A DNA stretch of 64,000 nucleotides from Thalia democratica (Eukaryota), in NCBI GenBank assembly GCA_965202585.1, contig OZ241827.1, positions 45,756,001 through 45,820,000 on the forward strand, in the 5' to 3' direction. Shown piece after piece: positions 39,557-52,939 of the stretch; within the stretch, counting starts at the first letter, position 1, and every line of letters begins with the position of its first letter. The notes beneath the pieces were generated by a model. The model had not been told where the DNA came from, ran no database searches, and worked only from the letters and a program-made list of their open reading frames with translations. The position numbers were made by a program, and so were the translations under genes.

Positions 39557-40345
39557 CTATGTATTTGCATCAGGATTTTGAACAAATTGACAGGAATAAG
39601 AGCCTTGCTCATTTTGTTCAAGTTTAAAATTGTTAGTGGATAATCCAAATGGTTTCAAGCACATGTTACCAAGTTTTTTCAGTTGCCCCATCATTTCAGT
39701 TTTCAATTTTTCATTTCTTTCTTCAATCTGTTGTTTTAGCTTAAACAAAGCAGTTTTAGCTTCAGTTGAAAATTGACTAGGGATGTTTGGTATTTTTAGT
39801 AGCCTTTCCCAGTCAGACTGAGACTCTTCAAGTTTTTCACTTTCTTGGTAAAGTTTAGCTCTTCTTCTAATAGCTTTAATATAATTATCGTTTAATTCAA
39901 TTGCTTTTGTGCAATCAACAATTGCTTTTTCCTTTTGTCCTATTAAATCTAAACAGATAGATCTATTGTTAAATAAAGCAGAACGCTCTTCTTTGCAAGT
40001 TTTTGGACAAATCAAAAGGCCTTCAGTGTACAAATCAATTGCACTGGAATAATTTTCAGCTTTATAAGCTGAATTTCCTTCAGTTTTAAATTGTAAAGCT
40101 CTATTTCTTCTAACTTCAACTTCTTCTTCACTTAAGAACCCTTCTTCTTCATCACTACATTCTAAGTTTTCATTATTGGAGTTTTCATCTGATGATGTAC
40201 TTAAATTTTTATCTGTGTCTGGTGTTAAAATGCTATCAGTTTTGTCTGCATTATTTGTTTCTTTTAAGGACAACTTTGATTCAAGTTCTTTTTTTTCACC
40301 ACCAGCTTGATCACAATCATAAAAAATTTCCTCTGTATCACTCAT
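39557..40345 (-). CDS. TTC1: Tetratricopeptide repeat protein 1, 262 aa, single coding exon
   Basis: Acidic N-terminus, three TPRs (FKTEGNSAYK..AIDLYTEGL; ALFNNRS..CTKAIELNDNYIKAIRRRA) and the TTC1-type C-terminus ERNEKLKTEMMGQLKKLGNMCLKPFGLSTNNFKLEQN..GSYS. Confidence 0.92.
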   Translation of the reverse strand: MSDTEEIFYDCDQAGGEKKELESKLSLKETNNADKTDSILTPDTDKNLSTSSDENSNNENLECSDEEEGFLSEEEVEVRRNRALQFKTEGNSAYKAENYSSAIDLYTEGLLICPKTCKEERSALFNNRSICLDLIGQKEKAIVDCTKAIELNDNYIKAIRRRAKLYQESEKLEESQSDWERLLKIPNIPSQFSTEAKTALFKLKQQIEERNEKLKTEMMGQLKKLGNMCLKPFGLSTNNFKLEQNEQGSYSCQFVQNPDANT

Positions 40346-40889
40346 TTTAAAGTAAAATCCTAATAAAATAATTTAATTGATTTATTTCAATTTTTTTGTT
40401 TAATAATACAGATCTATGGTTACTGAATAATTTAAAAACTGTGCACAGTGTGGTTAGATAATTGAAAAAATTACATGTAAAAACTAAACTGTATAGATTA
40501 TTTTTTATATAAATTAACTCTTGCTATGATTTAATTGTCCAAATTATTGGCTATGTAAAATTACATATTAAAATTTATATAAAGAATTGTAATATTAAGT
40601 TTTTGTGATAAAAAAAGATTTTAAAGTTAGATAATTTTAAGTTATACAGTTATATAGTTTAAATAAACTAAATTTATATATGTAAAATGAAGACATTCCT
40701 AAGCATACTATTGTTTACTCATTAGTAACACTGATATACATGAAGATTTTTTAAACTTTTACATTATTAATACTTAATTCATTTTATTATGAAGCTCTTA
40801 AAATGTAATGAAAAACTTTTCTTTTTTCACAATTTAGTCTTATCTTATTGGGTTTTAACTAAGCTACAAGATGCTTTTTACTGATTTAA

Positions 40890-41356
40890 AAAATTCAAAA
40901 AATTTTTTGAGATATAGCAGGTCAAAGTTGGAGCCAATAACAGGTTCCTTATAGGAGGCGCAAACTAAACCTGCAAAAAAAAAATTACTAAAAATCTATC
41001 TCATCTTGCATTTTTTGTTACAAATACCTCAAACTTTCAGGATATGTTCCTTGCAACATTTTATAATTCAGAACAGAATTTAAAAAAAAAAGAAACTTTT
41101 TTAACAAAAAAACCTAAAAAAAACAATTTATATCAAAAAGCCTCAGAGGAGATAAATTTTTAGTGATTTCTAGTTATTTGCTGTTTTAGTTTGTGCCTCC
41201 CATAAGGAATCTATTGTAGTCTCCGACTTTGATCAGCTATATCTCAAAAATTTATTTGAGTTTAAAAATCTGTAAATATCAACTTGTAGCTTAGTTAAAA
41301 CTCAATAAAATAAGACTTAATTTTGAAAAAGGTGATTAATTCCCCTATACCCTTAA
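40890..41356 (+). mobile_element. Kolobok-like foldback MITE
   Basis: Contains the family motif in both orientations (about 40920-40975 and 41185-41240) and ends cccctatacccttaa. Confidence 0.55.
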
Positions 41357-41630
41357 ATAGTATATAACATTAAAAAGATACTGTAAAACTAATTTAAATG
41401 TGCTTATAATAAAAAAAAGTTTGAATGATATAAAAAACAATTTTTATCTATACAAAAGATTTTTGTGTTATACAGTTTATTGAACAAAAGCAAAAAAAAA
41501 AAAATGTTGCTCAAAAATTTTTTGGTTCAATGACCTGGATAGCAAAAAGACCTCTTGGTCATCAAGTTGCATACCCAAACTTAATCAAAATAATAATAAA
41601 TCAAAATCAAGTTAAATCAAAATTTTACTA

Positions 41631-42730
41631 CAGTAACCTCTCGCTTATTTACGCACATTGTGTCCACAGAAAAAGTGCGTAAAGATACGAAAGATCGTAA
41701 AGATACAAGAGGTATCAAATATACTTACTATAATGGCTGTTTTTTGATATTGCTTCTAGTTAAAAGCAGACTGTGGACTTTTCCACTTTTAACAATTTCT
41801 TTACTTTACTTATAAACATGAAAACAAAAGATAAAACGATGGGCTGATAAAAGGTTTTTTTTTAGTTAACATTAATTTAGAGGAAAAAGATATAAACAAT
41901 TTTGTTACAATTGACAAAGAAACAACTGAAGAATACTCAGAAAGTATTTTAGAGGAAGTTGAATCAGCAAACAGTGGAGTTGATTCCACAAACATGCCTG
42001 ACACTTAAAAAAATCATCTTGAAAATGATGAAGACTATTTTTCAGAGCAAAAAAAAAAATTTGAATTCGAGGGTTTTAAATCAATGTTAATGAAGACCAT
42101 CAGCTTTAACGCGCAGTTGTGTTCTTCCAAAGCTGTAACTGGTGCTGTTAAGCATTACGAAGAATTGAAGGAAAGCAACGTGTGAAAAATTTCAATGCTT
42201 GCTGTGCAAAGCAAGTGTTACAAAAGAAGAACTTAAACTAAAAAAACGTCAAATGAAAATAAGTGATATATTCTAAAAGAACAATTGAGATTTGTATTAA
42301 GTGTAAGCTCTATATTTATTAAGTATTACTGCTACTTTTTGCTAGGAAGTTAGATTATATTTCTTTTTTAGCTGCTTGTTCATTTACAGAGCAATAGTGC
42401 TGTAAAATTTATTTGTGTTTTAAACTCTCATGATTTCATTATACATTCATTATTTAACACAGTCATTTTCTTTCAAAATTTTAATTTAATCTCTTATTTT
42501 TAACAAAATATCTGATATACTGAGGTATAAATAAATGTTTATCAATTAGTCAAGGAACATACGTTTACAAAGTCTAAAAGTATAGAGAGATGAGTTAGGA
42601 TTTTTTAAACACATCTAAAATTAAATATAACCTAATTTGTGTAATATGAAAAAAAATTAAAATTTTTATTTTTTGAACTTTTTGAATTCTAAAATGTGTT
42701 GAGAGTGCGTAAAGATGCGAGAGGTTACTG
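41631..42730 (+). mobile_element. Tigger/pogo-like (Tc1-mariner) internal-deletion derivative
   Basis: TIR CAGTAACCTCTCGC / GCGAGAGGTTACTG with TA duplicated on both sides. Internal acidic remnant DINNFVTIDKETTEEYSESILEEVE resembles a pogo transposase tail. It sits inside a CAGGGTTGCCA-family fragment. Confidence 0.8.
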
Positions 42731-43029
42731 TACTTAACATGAAAAATTGTTTAAAATTCCAGATTTTTTTTTATTTAATTCTTAAACTCCAGGTTTTTTA
42801 GCCTAATTTGTCACATTCCAGGGTTCAAGGTTTTTTGGCAAATTATCACATTACTATAAACTGCTTGCATAGATATTAAAACCAAATTAGACATGTATTA
42901 CTAGTTTTAATGGTAAAAAAACATCAGTCTCAAACTCCACCCCTTGCAACAATAAACTTTTTGAAAAATAAAAAAAGACACTTTTTTGTTTTAGTTGTTT
43001 AATGCAGGAAATACCTTTTAGTTTAATTA

Positions 43030-46000
43030 GTAATAAAGAATTTAAAAAACTTTACTCATCCCATATAAAAAATGTAAAATACCCTTGTAGAGTATGTGGT
43101 ATTGCATGTTAAAATTCTCAAAATAGTATAAAGTGTGACTTGTGTAATGTATGGACTCATTTTAAATGTTCAAGTCTAACTCTTAATCAATTTGAATGTC
43201 ACGTTGTCAATGAGGATGAAACTTTTTTATGTAAAACTTGTTATATTAGTGTTTTTCCATTTTGTAATATTAGTAACACCGAATTACTTCTTTCAAACTA
43301 TTTTCTCACTAATGAGAATGATATTTCAAACATTGATACTGATCCTATTACTGCTGGTTCACAGTACACCTCTGCAGACACCCTAAAAAACAAAGCTATT
43401 AATCAGGAACTTAGCTTTTTACATGTAAATATAAGAAGCTTATCAAAAAACATATCCCTATTAGAAGAATTAATGACTTCCTACAGAATGTTACCTGACA
43501 TAATAGGGATCTGTGAGACCAAATTAAATAACAACAATATTCTTGATTTGATAATGTTAAACAAATACTCATTCCATTATACAAATTCTTTTTCAAAAGC
43601 AGGAGGAGTTGGAATATATATTAACAACTCTATGACATATACATTAAGAAGTGATCTCATTTTCCATAGTGCTAATTACGAATCAATTTGGGTAGAATTA
43701 TCAGTGGGAGTAAATAGTAAAAAAATATTAGTAGGATTAATTTATCGCCATCCAGGGACCTCAATTACAGAATTTGCAAAACAATTTTCAGACTTTTTAT
43801 CAAATATTACATTACAAAATAAAGATATTTGCATATTTGGGGACATTAACATTAACTTACTCAAAAAAGATAAGGAACAATCAATTAAAAACTATTATGA
43901 TGAAATTTGTAGCTTTGGTCTTACTAATGTGATTAATGTTCCAACCAGAGTTAGTAAACTGGGAGGGACATTGATTGATAATTTTTACTACTCCAACCCC
44001 CAAAAAATTCTAGACTCAAATGTACTTTTATCAGATATTTCTGATCATTTCCCACTCTATGTAAAACTAAAATATTATAACCAAAGTAAGACTAATATAA
44101 ATTCTAAAATTAAATTTTGCCAAGATTTTTCTAAAATTAATACTCAAAAACTAATGATTGATACTTCTAAAATTCTTAATAAATTTCAAATATATAAAAT
44201 AATCAACTCTAAAGACTCAATACATTCAAAGTTTAAATGCTTTACAGATAAAATCAAAGAGATAAGTGATAAAAATATTCCTATGAAAAAACTTTCAAAA
44301 TTTCAATTAAAACTCAAGTCAAAACCCTGGATTACAAAAGGTATTCTTAAATCTATTCGGCATAAAAACAACCTTTACAAAATATTATGCAGAAATAACT
44401 TTAGTAACATGCACCAAGTAAAAGAATATAAAGTTTACAGAAACAAGTTAACAAAAATTAAAACAATTTCAAAAAAAAAATATTTTGAAATAAGACTTCA
44501 TAGCTGTAATAAAGATTCAGCAGAGACTTAGAAAATAATTAGTAATATTACAAACAGACAGAAAAAAAAACATATTTTTCCTCATAAACTTGAAATAAAT
44601 GAAAAATCTTTTGTTAATCCAGATGAAATTGTAAATAACTTGAACCTTCATTTTGCCAATATTGGAAAACAGACTTATTTAAAACAGGAAATTCATCCAA
44701 AGTCTTCTATCAATAGCCCAAAAAACCACTATAACAGTTTTGTCTGGTTTGATGTACATGAAAATGAAATAATAAGTATTATAAAAAGTTTAAGTTCAGA
44801 TAAAGCTAGTGGTGTAGATAATATTTCTATTAAAATCTTAAAGAAAATAAATTATCATATAGCTCCAGTTATTAGTGAACTAACCAATCAAGCATTTCAT
44901 GAAGGTAATTACCCAAATTGTTTAAAATTAGCTAAATTTATACTTATATTTAAATCAGGTTCAAAGACACTCCCAGGAAACTATCGACCGATTTCACTTT
45001 TATCAAATATTAACAAAATTATAGAAAAAGCCATATATAGTCGCTTATACAAGTTTTTTACAAAGTTCAATATCTTAAATTCTTCTCAGTTTGGCTTTAG
45101 GGAGGGACACTCTACTACCTTAGCTCTTTCAGAGTTTGTGGAAAGTACATTGTCCTCCTTTAATAAGGGAAATGCAGTTTGTGCTGTTTTATTAGATTTG
45201 AGCAAGGCCTTTGACTGTGTGGATAGAAAGATTTTGTTAGACAAATTAGAATATATTAATAAATGGAAAAATGCATAATTTAATAAAATCATATTTAACT
45301 GAAAGAAAGCAATTTGTTAATTTTGGAGGGCATGAATCAGATTGGGAGGGTGTAGAAGTAGGAGTGCCACAGGGTTCTGTATTGGGACCATTATTGTTTT
45401 TGGTATATATAAATGATCTTCAAAACAACACTAGTCTAAATGTACTAAATTTTGCAGACGATACATTATTATATACCACATTTAAAAAAGACAATTACAG
45501 AACAGACACTGCATACCTTAATTCAGAACTAGATAATGTATCAAAATGGTAAGGATAATAAGCTTTAACTAAATACTGATAAAACAAGGTACATGCTCTT
45601 TCACTCTGGTAAAACAAAAGTTTGGAAAAACACAAGTTTACAAATAAAAATAGGTAATACATCCATATTAAAGGTAGAAAAATATAAGTATCTTGGTTTT
45701 ACAATTGATAGTAACCTCAATTGGTCTGACCATATTGAAGCAGTAAAAACAAAGCTATTGAAGACAATAGGTATTTTATACAGAACAAGGTACTTTTTGA
45801 ATCAAAATTCTTTATACTACATCTTTAATTCTCTTCTGATGAGTCATGTAAGATATGGTTTGTTGTGTTGGGGTAGGGCAAGTAAAACTAAAACTACTGA
45901 GATCGATAAACTCATTAATAGAGCATTAAGATGCATTCATTCCAAAGGTTGGAATGAAAGTGTTAAAAGTATAAAAATAGAAAAGAAAATATTAGATGTT

Positions 46001-47405
46001 AAAAATATGTTTAAGTATGAGGTAGGAGTTTTTATGCACAAATTTAAAAAAGATACTTTGCCAGTTAACTTTAAGCCTTACTTTACAAATGTTAATAAAA
46101 TGCATAATCATCAAACAAGATTTGCCGAAACAAACTATTTTTTCCCAGAGTAAATAGTCTCTTTGGTCTTAAAACATTATCTTACCTTGGTTCTAAACTA
46201 TGGGAAGAATTACCTAGAAACTTAATAGATCAAAGATATCTTGGAGCATTTCAATATGGAATGAGAGAAAACTTACTTAAAAGACAATCAGAAAAATAGC
46301 AAGCATAATCTTTACCAATAGTTAAATTTATATCTTTGTATTGGTTTTGTCTTAAACCTTCTTTTTGGGCTGATTGCTGTTGGTCTTATAAACTGGGTGA
46401 AGGTAGAGCTGTATTGGTATAGGTTGGTTTTATTATTTTTATTTTTTATTTATACTTTTTTAATTTGTTTCTTGTACATAAAATTTAATAGTATTGCTTT
46501 GTCCTCATTGACAGTGTGATTAAACAAGTAGAAGTTTTATTTTTCTTTTTTAATTCTATTTTGTAGCTTTTTGTTTACTATATATTAATTGTCAATTTGT
46601 TTCAGAAGATAGAGGTTTTAAATTTAGAAGTAAAAACTTGATATTTTTTAGACATTCTGGTTATTTAATTTTATTTGTTAAAAATTAGTTTTAGGTTAAC
46701 AAACAGTTTATTTAACTCAATTAAATACTTTTATTATTACTTTATTTTTTTCAGAGTATTTGTTAAGTTTTATTATTTTGTTTTTTAAATTTAGCTGTTT
46801 ATTGTTAGGAGTGATTTTATTTTAAGTAGTTTAAACAAATTCTATCAATTATTAGTGCTAGATTTTATTGTTTAAAACTGAATTGTTTACAAATCTATAA
46901 AACAGTTAAACAATCTTTTTTTTTTTTGCTCTATTTTTATTTACTTACAAACACATATACTAGAAATTTAAAGACACTATTTTAAAATACATGGTGCTCT
47001 ATAAGTTTTATGACATTACTAAATATTTTATGTATACTGACATTACTAACTCTCCCCATTTATTCAATTTTGAGATATCTGTTGCATTTTTTGTGGTTGC
47101 TCATGTAGAAAGGGCAACAAGAAAAATGTGAATGTACATGATCATAAAAATAGAAATCTAGGGGAGGAGACGGTGTGGAGCCCATGGTAGACTATGGTTT
47201 CCATGGTCAATATTGGCAGTAATGGGTTAAAAAAGGGTGCTTACCATTTTTAAACTTAAAAAAAAAATTGTATATACAGTTACTTTTTAAGTTTTTGTTT
47301 TTATTTTTTCATTATTGTTTTAAAGTTAGCTCAAAGAATTAGTTACAAGTAAATGGTGTGCAGCTCGATGACCGAAAGGTCTTTCTCCACACCAATCCAT
47401 TGACC
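43030..47405 (+). mobile_element. CR1/L2-group LINE, near full-length but inactivated (PHD finger - APE endonuclease - RT)
   Basis: C..C....C..WTHFKC PHD, then LHVNIRSL, IIGICET, GDININLL, SDHFP (APE), then NYRPISLL, QFGFREGHST, LDLSKAFD, GVPQGSVLGPLLF, FADDT (RT), ending KLWEELP near 46200. Stops near 43096, 44529 and 45550 plus frameshifts. The AT-rich 3' UTR to the structured tail at 47355-47405 is assigned by inference. Confidence 0.9.
47160..47230 (+). mobile_element. Probable piggyBac-like terminal repeat
   Basis: GGTCAATATTGGCAGTAATGGG followed by TTAA. No partner end located. Confidence 0.4.
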
Positions 47406-48960
47406 TTAGTTGTGAGAGTTCACATTTTTCTTTCTTTCAAAATATTTGGTCCTAGGACCAAATAGTCGTTTTTTCAAAGGTCAAAATTCCAAATCAACAT
47501 GCACATCTGACTTTTTTTTCTTACACTCAGCAGACCAGTTTAAATAACTAAAGAATTAGTAATGTCTGTATGATGTGTATTTAGCCTCAAAATCTACTAG
47601 TCAAATATGCAAATATTTAACAAAATTCTTGTAAAATAGTAGATTCAAGCTATCTGTTATTTTTTTCACACATTTCAAAACTCACTGTTCAAAACGACAA
47701 TTGTTTTATCCTGCTATACTGTGTTTAAAAGATTAAAAACTTGACAAAACCGTGTTTTCTAAAAATTTTAGCTATTTTTTATTAGAAATATACATAATAT
47801 CCCTTTTATAATTTCACTAGATTAAAACTTAAAAACTTAAAAAGCATCAAATAAGTTTTACTAACACTAAAACATTTTTAAAAATTTAAATACTGTAAGT
47901 ACAAAAACAGAACTAAACTACTTTTAAAAACCATTTTGTTATAAATGGACTAAAAAACTAATTTTACAATTATAAACAATACATTTGCAATTTCAAAATT
48001 AATTTTCAAACGTTAGTTTATTAAAAAAAAGAATCATTGCAAATAAAGCCAATCAAAGCCAAGCAATTTTCAAACCATACCCGTTAGAATGTAAGTTTTC
48101 GAGTCTAGAGCAGGATTGTATAGAAAATATAAGTTTGTGCTTAAAAATATATTATGCTATATTTTTTAGTAATGAACCATACCCAGCTTTTATAAAAATT
48201 AGAAACCATTGTATTTGATCTCACGCTTTAACTTAAAGATATATTGTTTAGTTAGTTACTGAAATTTATACTTAATTTGTTCTAAGTATAAGTTTTTCAA
48301 AAGTATTAACCGTCATTAAAAAATTCAGAGGTGATAATTATTTTTAGTCAGCGGGCCAGAAAAAGAAAGTCAATCGCAAGCCGAACTTAATATAAAAAAT
48401 ATTTTTTTAAAGTAATACCTTAAATTCTAAAATAAAAATCGTATTAAGTAAAACTATAATAAAATGATAACTCAGTAAAAACTACTGATTGACTTCTCTT
48501 AAAACAAACAGAGTTTATAAAACTCCTTATACTTTACAAATACGTATTAATATTAGAAAATAGCTGCACGAAAATGTTTCAGAGACCTAGCACAAATATT
48601 AATAATCTTACAATTTAAGTTTTAAAACATTTCGGATTAAAACAACTTTACCTTCTAACATTGAGTTTAATATATATTTTATGTGTGTTTAATGTTAGAT
48701 ACTATTGTATTTTTTTGGATGCTTTTGTTTAGAAAATATTTAATGTTGTAAAGTTTGATAGTCTCATTTTTCATAGAGTTTTTGGTTTAAGAGTTTAATT
48801 TTTCCTGTTATTTTTTTTTTCATGCTTTAGCTCATTTTAATTATGATTAAAGTTTGGTATTCAACTCGATGACCGAGAGGTCTTTTTGTGTACCAAGGTC
48901 CTTGAACCAATTCTTTTTTTCCCTTTTTCAATAAACTTTTATTATTATAACCGTTTACAC

Positions 48961-49195
48961 CAGGGCTTCCCAAACTTTTTATTCAAATCGCCCCTTTAAA
49001 GAAATAAAAAAGGCTATTGCCCCCTCCAACAAGACTACCATTTAAAACACTTAAGACCTTTTTTTTTGCTCTTCATCTGCAACTCAAGAGTATCTAGTGT
49101 AAGCAGTTTCAAAATTTTAAAATCGCCTCCCTTTTGCCCCTTTACTAATTATTGCCCCCCCCCCCCCCCCTTACCGCCCACTTTGGGAAACCCTG
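48961..49195 (+). mobile_element. hAT (Charlie-like) MITE
   Basis: TIR CAGGGCTTCCCAAA / TTTGGGAAACCCTG and degenerate TSD GTTTACAC / GTTTACCT. Confidence 0.8.
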
Positions 49196-50264
49196 GTTTA
49201 ACCTATGAATAAAATAACCAGTTGAATGCTTGTTGAAAATATGTTGAAATTTGACTGTTCTTAAAAGAAGAAATACTTTATGAAAAAGCCTTAAAGTCTA
49301 TAAATATATTATAATTCTAAAAATCAGCGGTACGAAAAAGTTTTAGAGACTTAGCAAAAAAAAAATTATTTACAACCTTTTAAAGCAATAATAAAGTAAT
49401 CAACTTGTAAGCTAACATGAATACATGTTTGAAGTTTACTAGTCCTAATACTAAATGTAAAATCTAAACACGCCCATACTTTATACAAATAGCTTTTAAT
49501 ATTAAATTAGCAATACGATAAAATTTTAGAGACCTAGCATAAAATTTATGTTAGAACATTTTTAATTAGTGGTGGGCAATGTTTGTAGCCGGCAGGCCAG
49601 ATGTAATAAGATTTAGTTCTTGGCAAGCCGGAGCGTTTTAATTTAAATATGTTCACAAAAATTACTCAATTATCCAATTTATTAAAACAAAATACTAACT
49701 CTATGTAAATTTATTACTAAATTATTTGTAAATATTATTGTTAGTTTTTATTTGTTTAAATTATAAGTTTTGACTGTTAAAATAACTTGTTAGCTCATTA
49801 TAGTTAATTTAAGCATGTGGTGTACGACTCGATGGCCGTGGTCTTTTTTTGTACATCAGGACCGTAGACCAATGGTTTTATGATTTTTTTCGTTTGTTTT
49901 CAATAAAATTATAAATGTTTTACTTATGCTAGATATTTTCAATTGAAAACTTTATGAATATTAAAAAAGGTTTCTAATGAAACTAGGCTTTCTGAAATTA
50001 TAAATTTACTTTGACATCACATTTAATTCTTAATTTTATACTAAAAATAGCCAATCTTTAGTAGTGCATTAGCAGAATGTTAAACTCAAGTTTAAACCTT
50101 GTGAAATCAACATTCATCACTTAAAATAATTTGTGAATAAGCACAACCAAATATATTATCATACATGCTTAAAGTTTTTAGTCTAACAAAGATTTAAGTG
50201 AAATTCTTAGACTTCTTTTCTTTTTTTTTCGTCGCACAGGCTCTAGAAAACCAGTTTAAACGGG

Positions 50265-50645
50265 TCTACGACTTTTCAAGTTCAGACAATTAAAATTATT
50301 TAAAAAAATTAAAGGGCCACAACTCAAAAGGTATATATATTTAAAGATTTTAGAAATGCGTATTTAGTTCTTACTAATATCTAAAAGCTTCTTTTTTTTG
50401 CAAACTTTTAAAAATTTTTTGAGATATGGTCAAAAAAAACTTTAAACCATTGATGTTTTTAGCAATTTTTGAATATCTCAAAACATGTTTAAAGTTTTGT
50501 AAATATTAGTAATTGCTTGTAGATATTGGTAAGACTTGTATACCCAATTTTTACTTATTTCAAATATATATTACATTTTGAAATATGGTCTCTTAAGTTT
50601 CTTTTTAAAAATTTGAATTGTCGGAGTTTGAATTGCCATGTAACC
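50265..50645. mobile_element. Palindromic MITE, same family as the 4943-5316 insert
   Basis: Shares aagttcagacaattaaaatt and the reverse complement gggccacaac/gttgtggccc with the 4.9-5.3 kb insert. Confidence 0.55.
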
Positions 50646-52183
50646 AGTCTAAACACGCCCCCTGCTACTAAGTTTATAAATTAAACGAAAGTTTAAATTT
50701 GAACAAGTACAAAATTGAGTATTATTCTTACACTTCTTACAACATAAATGAATGAGGCTCAACTTTCTTAATTCACTTAATTTTTTACAAAAAAGTTTAA
50801 GCTTATTCAAACAACTCTCAACATGGTGCGTGTGTGTTCGAGCTATAGTATGTGTGCTGATCTTCTTGAAACAACGTTAACGTAATTTCTTTTAGCAGAA
50901 TGTTGGTTTCAACATCAGATGGAATTTACTAATCTGATTAATTTTAAAAAATGACAAAAAAGTTTGAAAGATGAAATAAACTACCCCAGTAAAAAACTTG
51001 AGGAAGCAATAAAATGACTTTTGAATCAAAATTTTTACTTTTTACAGTTTTTTAACAAACCTAACTATACAAAATAGTAAACTATGCAACTGTGTTGATT
51101 ACTTCAATTACATGGTGTATAAATTCGGTAGTTTTTACAATATAATAATTTTGTGTTTGTTCACTAAGTTTATTTTAAGATTAGTAATTTTTATTATTGA
51201 TTAAAAGAAGTTTGATTGATCTAAAATTAACTGTCAAATTATTTTGCTAAAAAATATCGTTTTTGCAAAATTATTGATTTATTGTAGTTTACTTGTTTTA
51301 ATTACTATTTGAAATTCGCTTAATCTTCAACTATTATTATTAAACATTGTTAGGCATAAAAAAACTTAGATAGCTCTTTAGTTAAAAGCTTAGAAATATT
51401 TGCATATCTTACTGAAATATATGCGTAAATGGTTATGCGTATTTTCATAAAGCTTTTATGTAAAGTATATCCATAAAAAATTAGTTATCTAATCATTATT
51501 TCAGTATTTTTGTTAGTTCTTAAGAGGTTTTGTTATATAATAATAAATAAAAAACGTGATCATAGTAATGGAATACGCTAAATAAAAAAACCTATTTCGA
51601 AATATTTATAATGTTAAATTTTTTCAAGGATTAAAAGTTTTTTTTCATATTTTTTAGAATATAAACTAGTAATTAAAAATTTTAAACAATGTACTATATA
51701 TTTTTTTAACGTAATGATTAGATCGATTGTTAGATAAATAAAGTGTTTTGTTTATATTAAGTACTTGTATTAAATATAACTTTTTTCTTTAATTTTTTTT
51801 TTTCAGCTTTCCTAAGTTTTAATAACTATAAATAACTAAAGAAAAACTTTAGAAATCTTTGATGAAGAAAAAATGAAAATTGTTACTCGGAAAATATAAG
51901 TGATCAATTGAAAAATTCAGACGAAAACTTACCAGTCACAACAGAAAACAAAAAATTGGATAAATTGAAAAGCGCTGATGTTCGTGATATAAACAAAGGT
52001 GAGGAAGTTGTGAACAAAAACAATATTAACAAACTTACTAAAACTTATTTTTTTAAAAACTTCTAAGCAATCTAACCAAGAAAAAGTTACTATAGAAAAT
52101 ACTGATGTTAATAAAACAAAACATAGATAAAAAAGAAACAACATCAGATTGGTCTTGGACAAGACCTTAAAAGGTACATAAAT

Positions 52184-52272
52184 GGTGTGCGACTCGATAA
52201 CCGAAAGATTTTTTGTACACCAGGTCATTATACCAAACTTTTTGAGCGTGTATTGTTTTGTCGTTCAATAAA
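52184..52272 (+). repeat. Dispersed LINE 3'-tail motif (representative copy; others at 4336, 28532, 41521(-), 47355, 48856, 49819, 56943(-), 57783(-))
   Basis: Consensus GGTGTACGACTCGATGACCGAAAGGTC-Tn-GTACACCAGGTCC..GACCAA...GTCGTTCAATAAA. Confidence 0.8.
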
Positions 52273-52939
52273 CATTACTATAAAATTAACAAAACAAACA
52301 CATTTTAAATCTCATGAAAATGAAAAAGATAAAACAAAAAGCACTAAGTCAACTAAAAAAGGTGTGAAAATAAAAAAATTATTCAAAATTATATTTATTT
52401 TTGAAAACCAAAGTCTATTTTTTTTTACTTTAATTGAATAACTAACATTGTTTAAAAACTTATGCAGCTTAAATTTTTTAGTATAAAGACATTAGAAAAT
52501 CAAAATTAGTTGAAATTTTATTTGAAAAACTTATTCGTAATACTTTAACTTTAATGTTGTTTTTATTTGCAGATGATCTACATTCTGAAACTCCTTCATG
52601 CTACTCTTTTCCTTTCGAAATCCCTTTATATCCTTCCTACTTTCTAATATCTCTTCATCTTCTTTTATTCATTCTGATACCTCTACATCGATGAGCAAAG
52701 ACACTCTCACCTTAATCAGTGAAACTTTTGAAACAAAAGATTCTAAATTCAAATGCACAGGAACTGTAATGCGCAGGGCATTAACAGAAGATGCATAAGA
52801 AATATATGAATAAGGATAAGTTGCTTGGAGTCGAAGTAAAATGGAGTCTATTTCCTATGTTTAAAAACAAAAATAAAAATTTAATTAAGAAAAAACTAAA
52901 AGAGAAATATTTCTTTTATTTTTTTTCTGCTGGTAAAAC

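Noticed and set aside
49154-49170. Poly-C/poly-G run with G-quadruplex potential
   Set aside because: Simple homopolymer expansion inside a hAT MITE.
51850-52800. Possible plus-strand gene (donor at about 51998, acceptor at about 52572, ORF 52598-52798)
   Set aside because: The frames do not join without indels and there is no start or homology. It could be a decayed gene but I cannot support a call.
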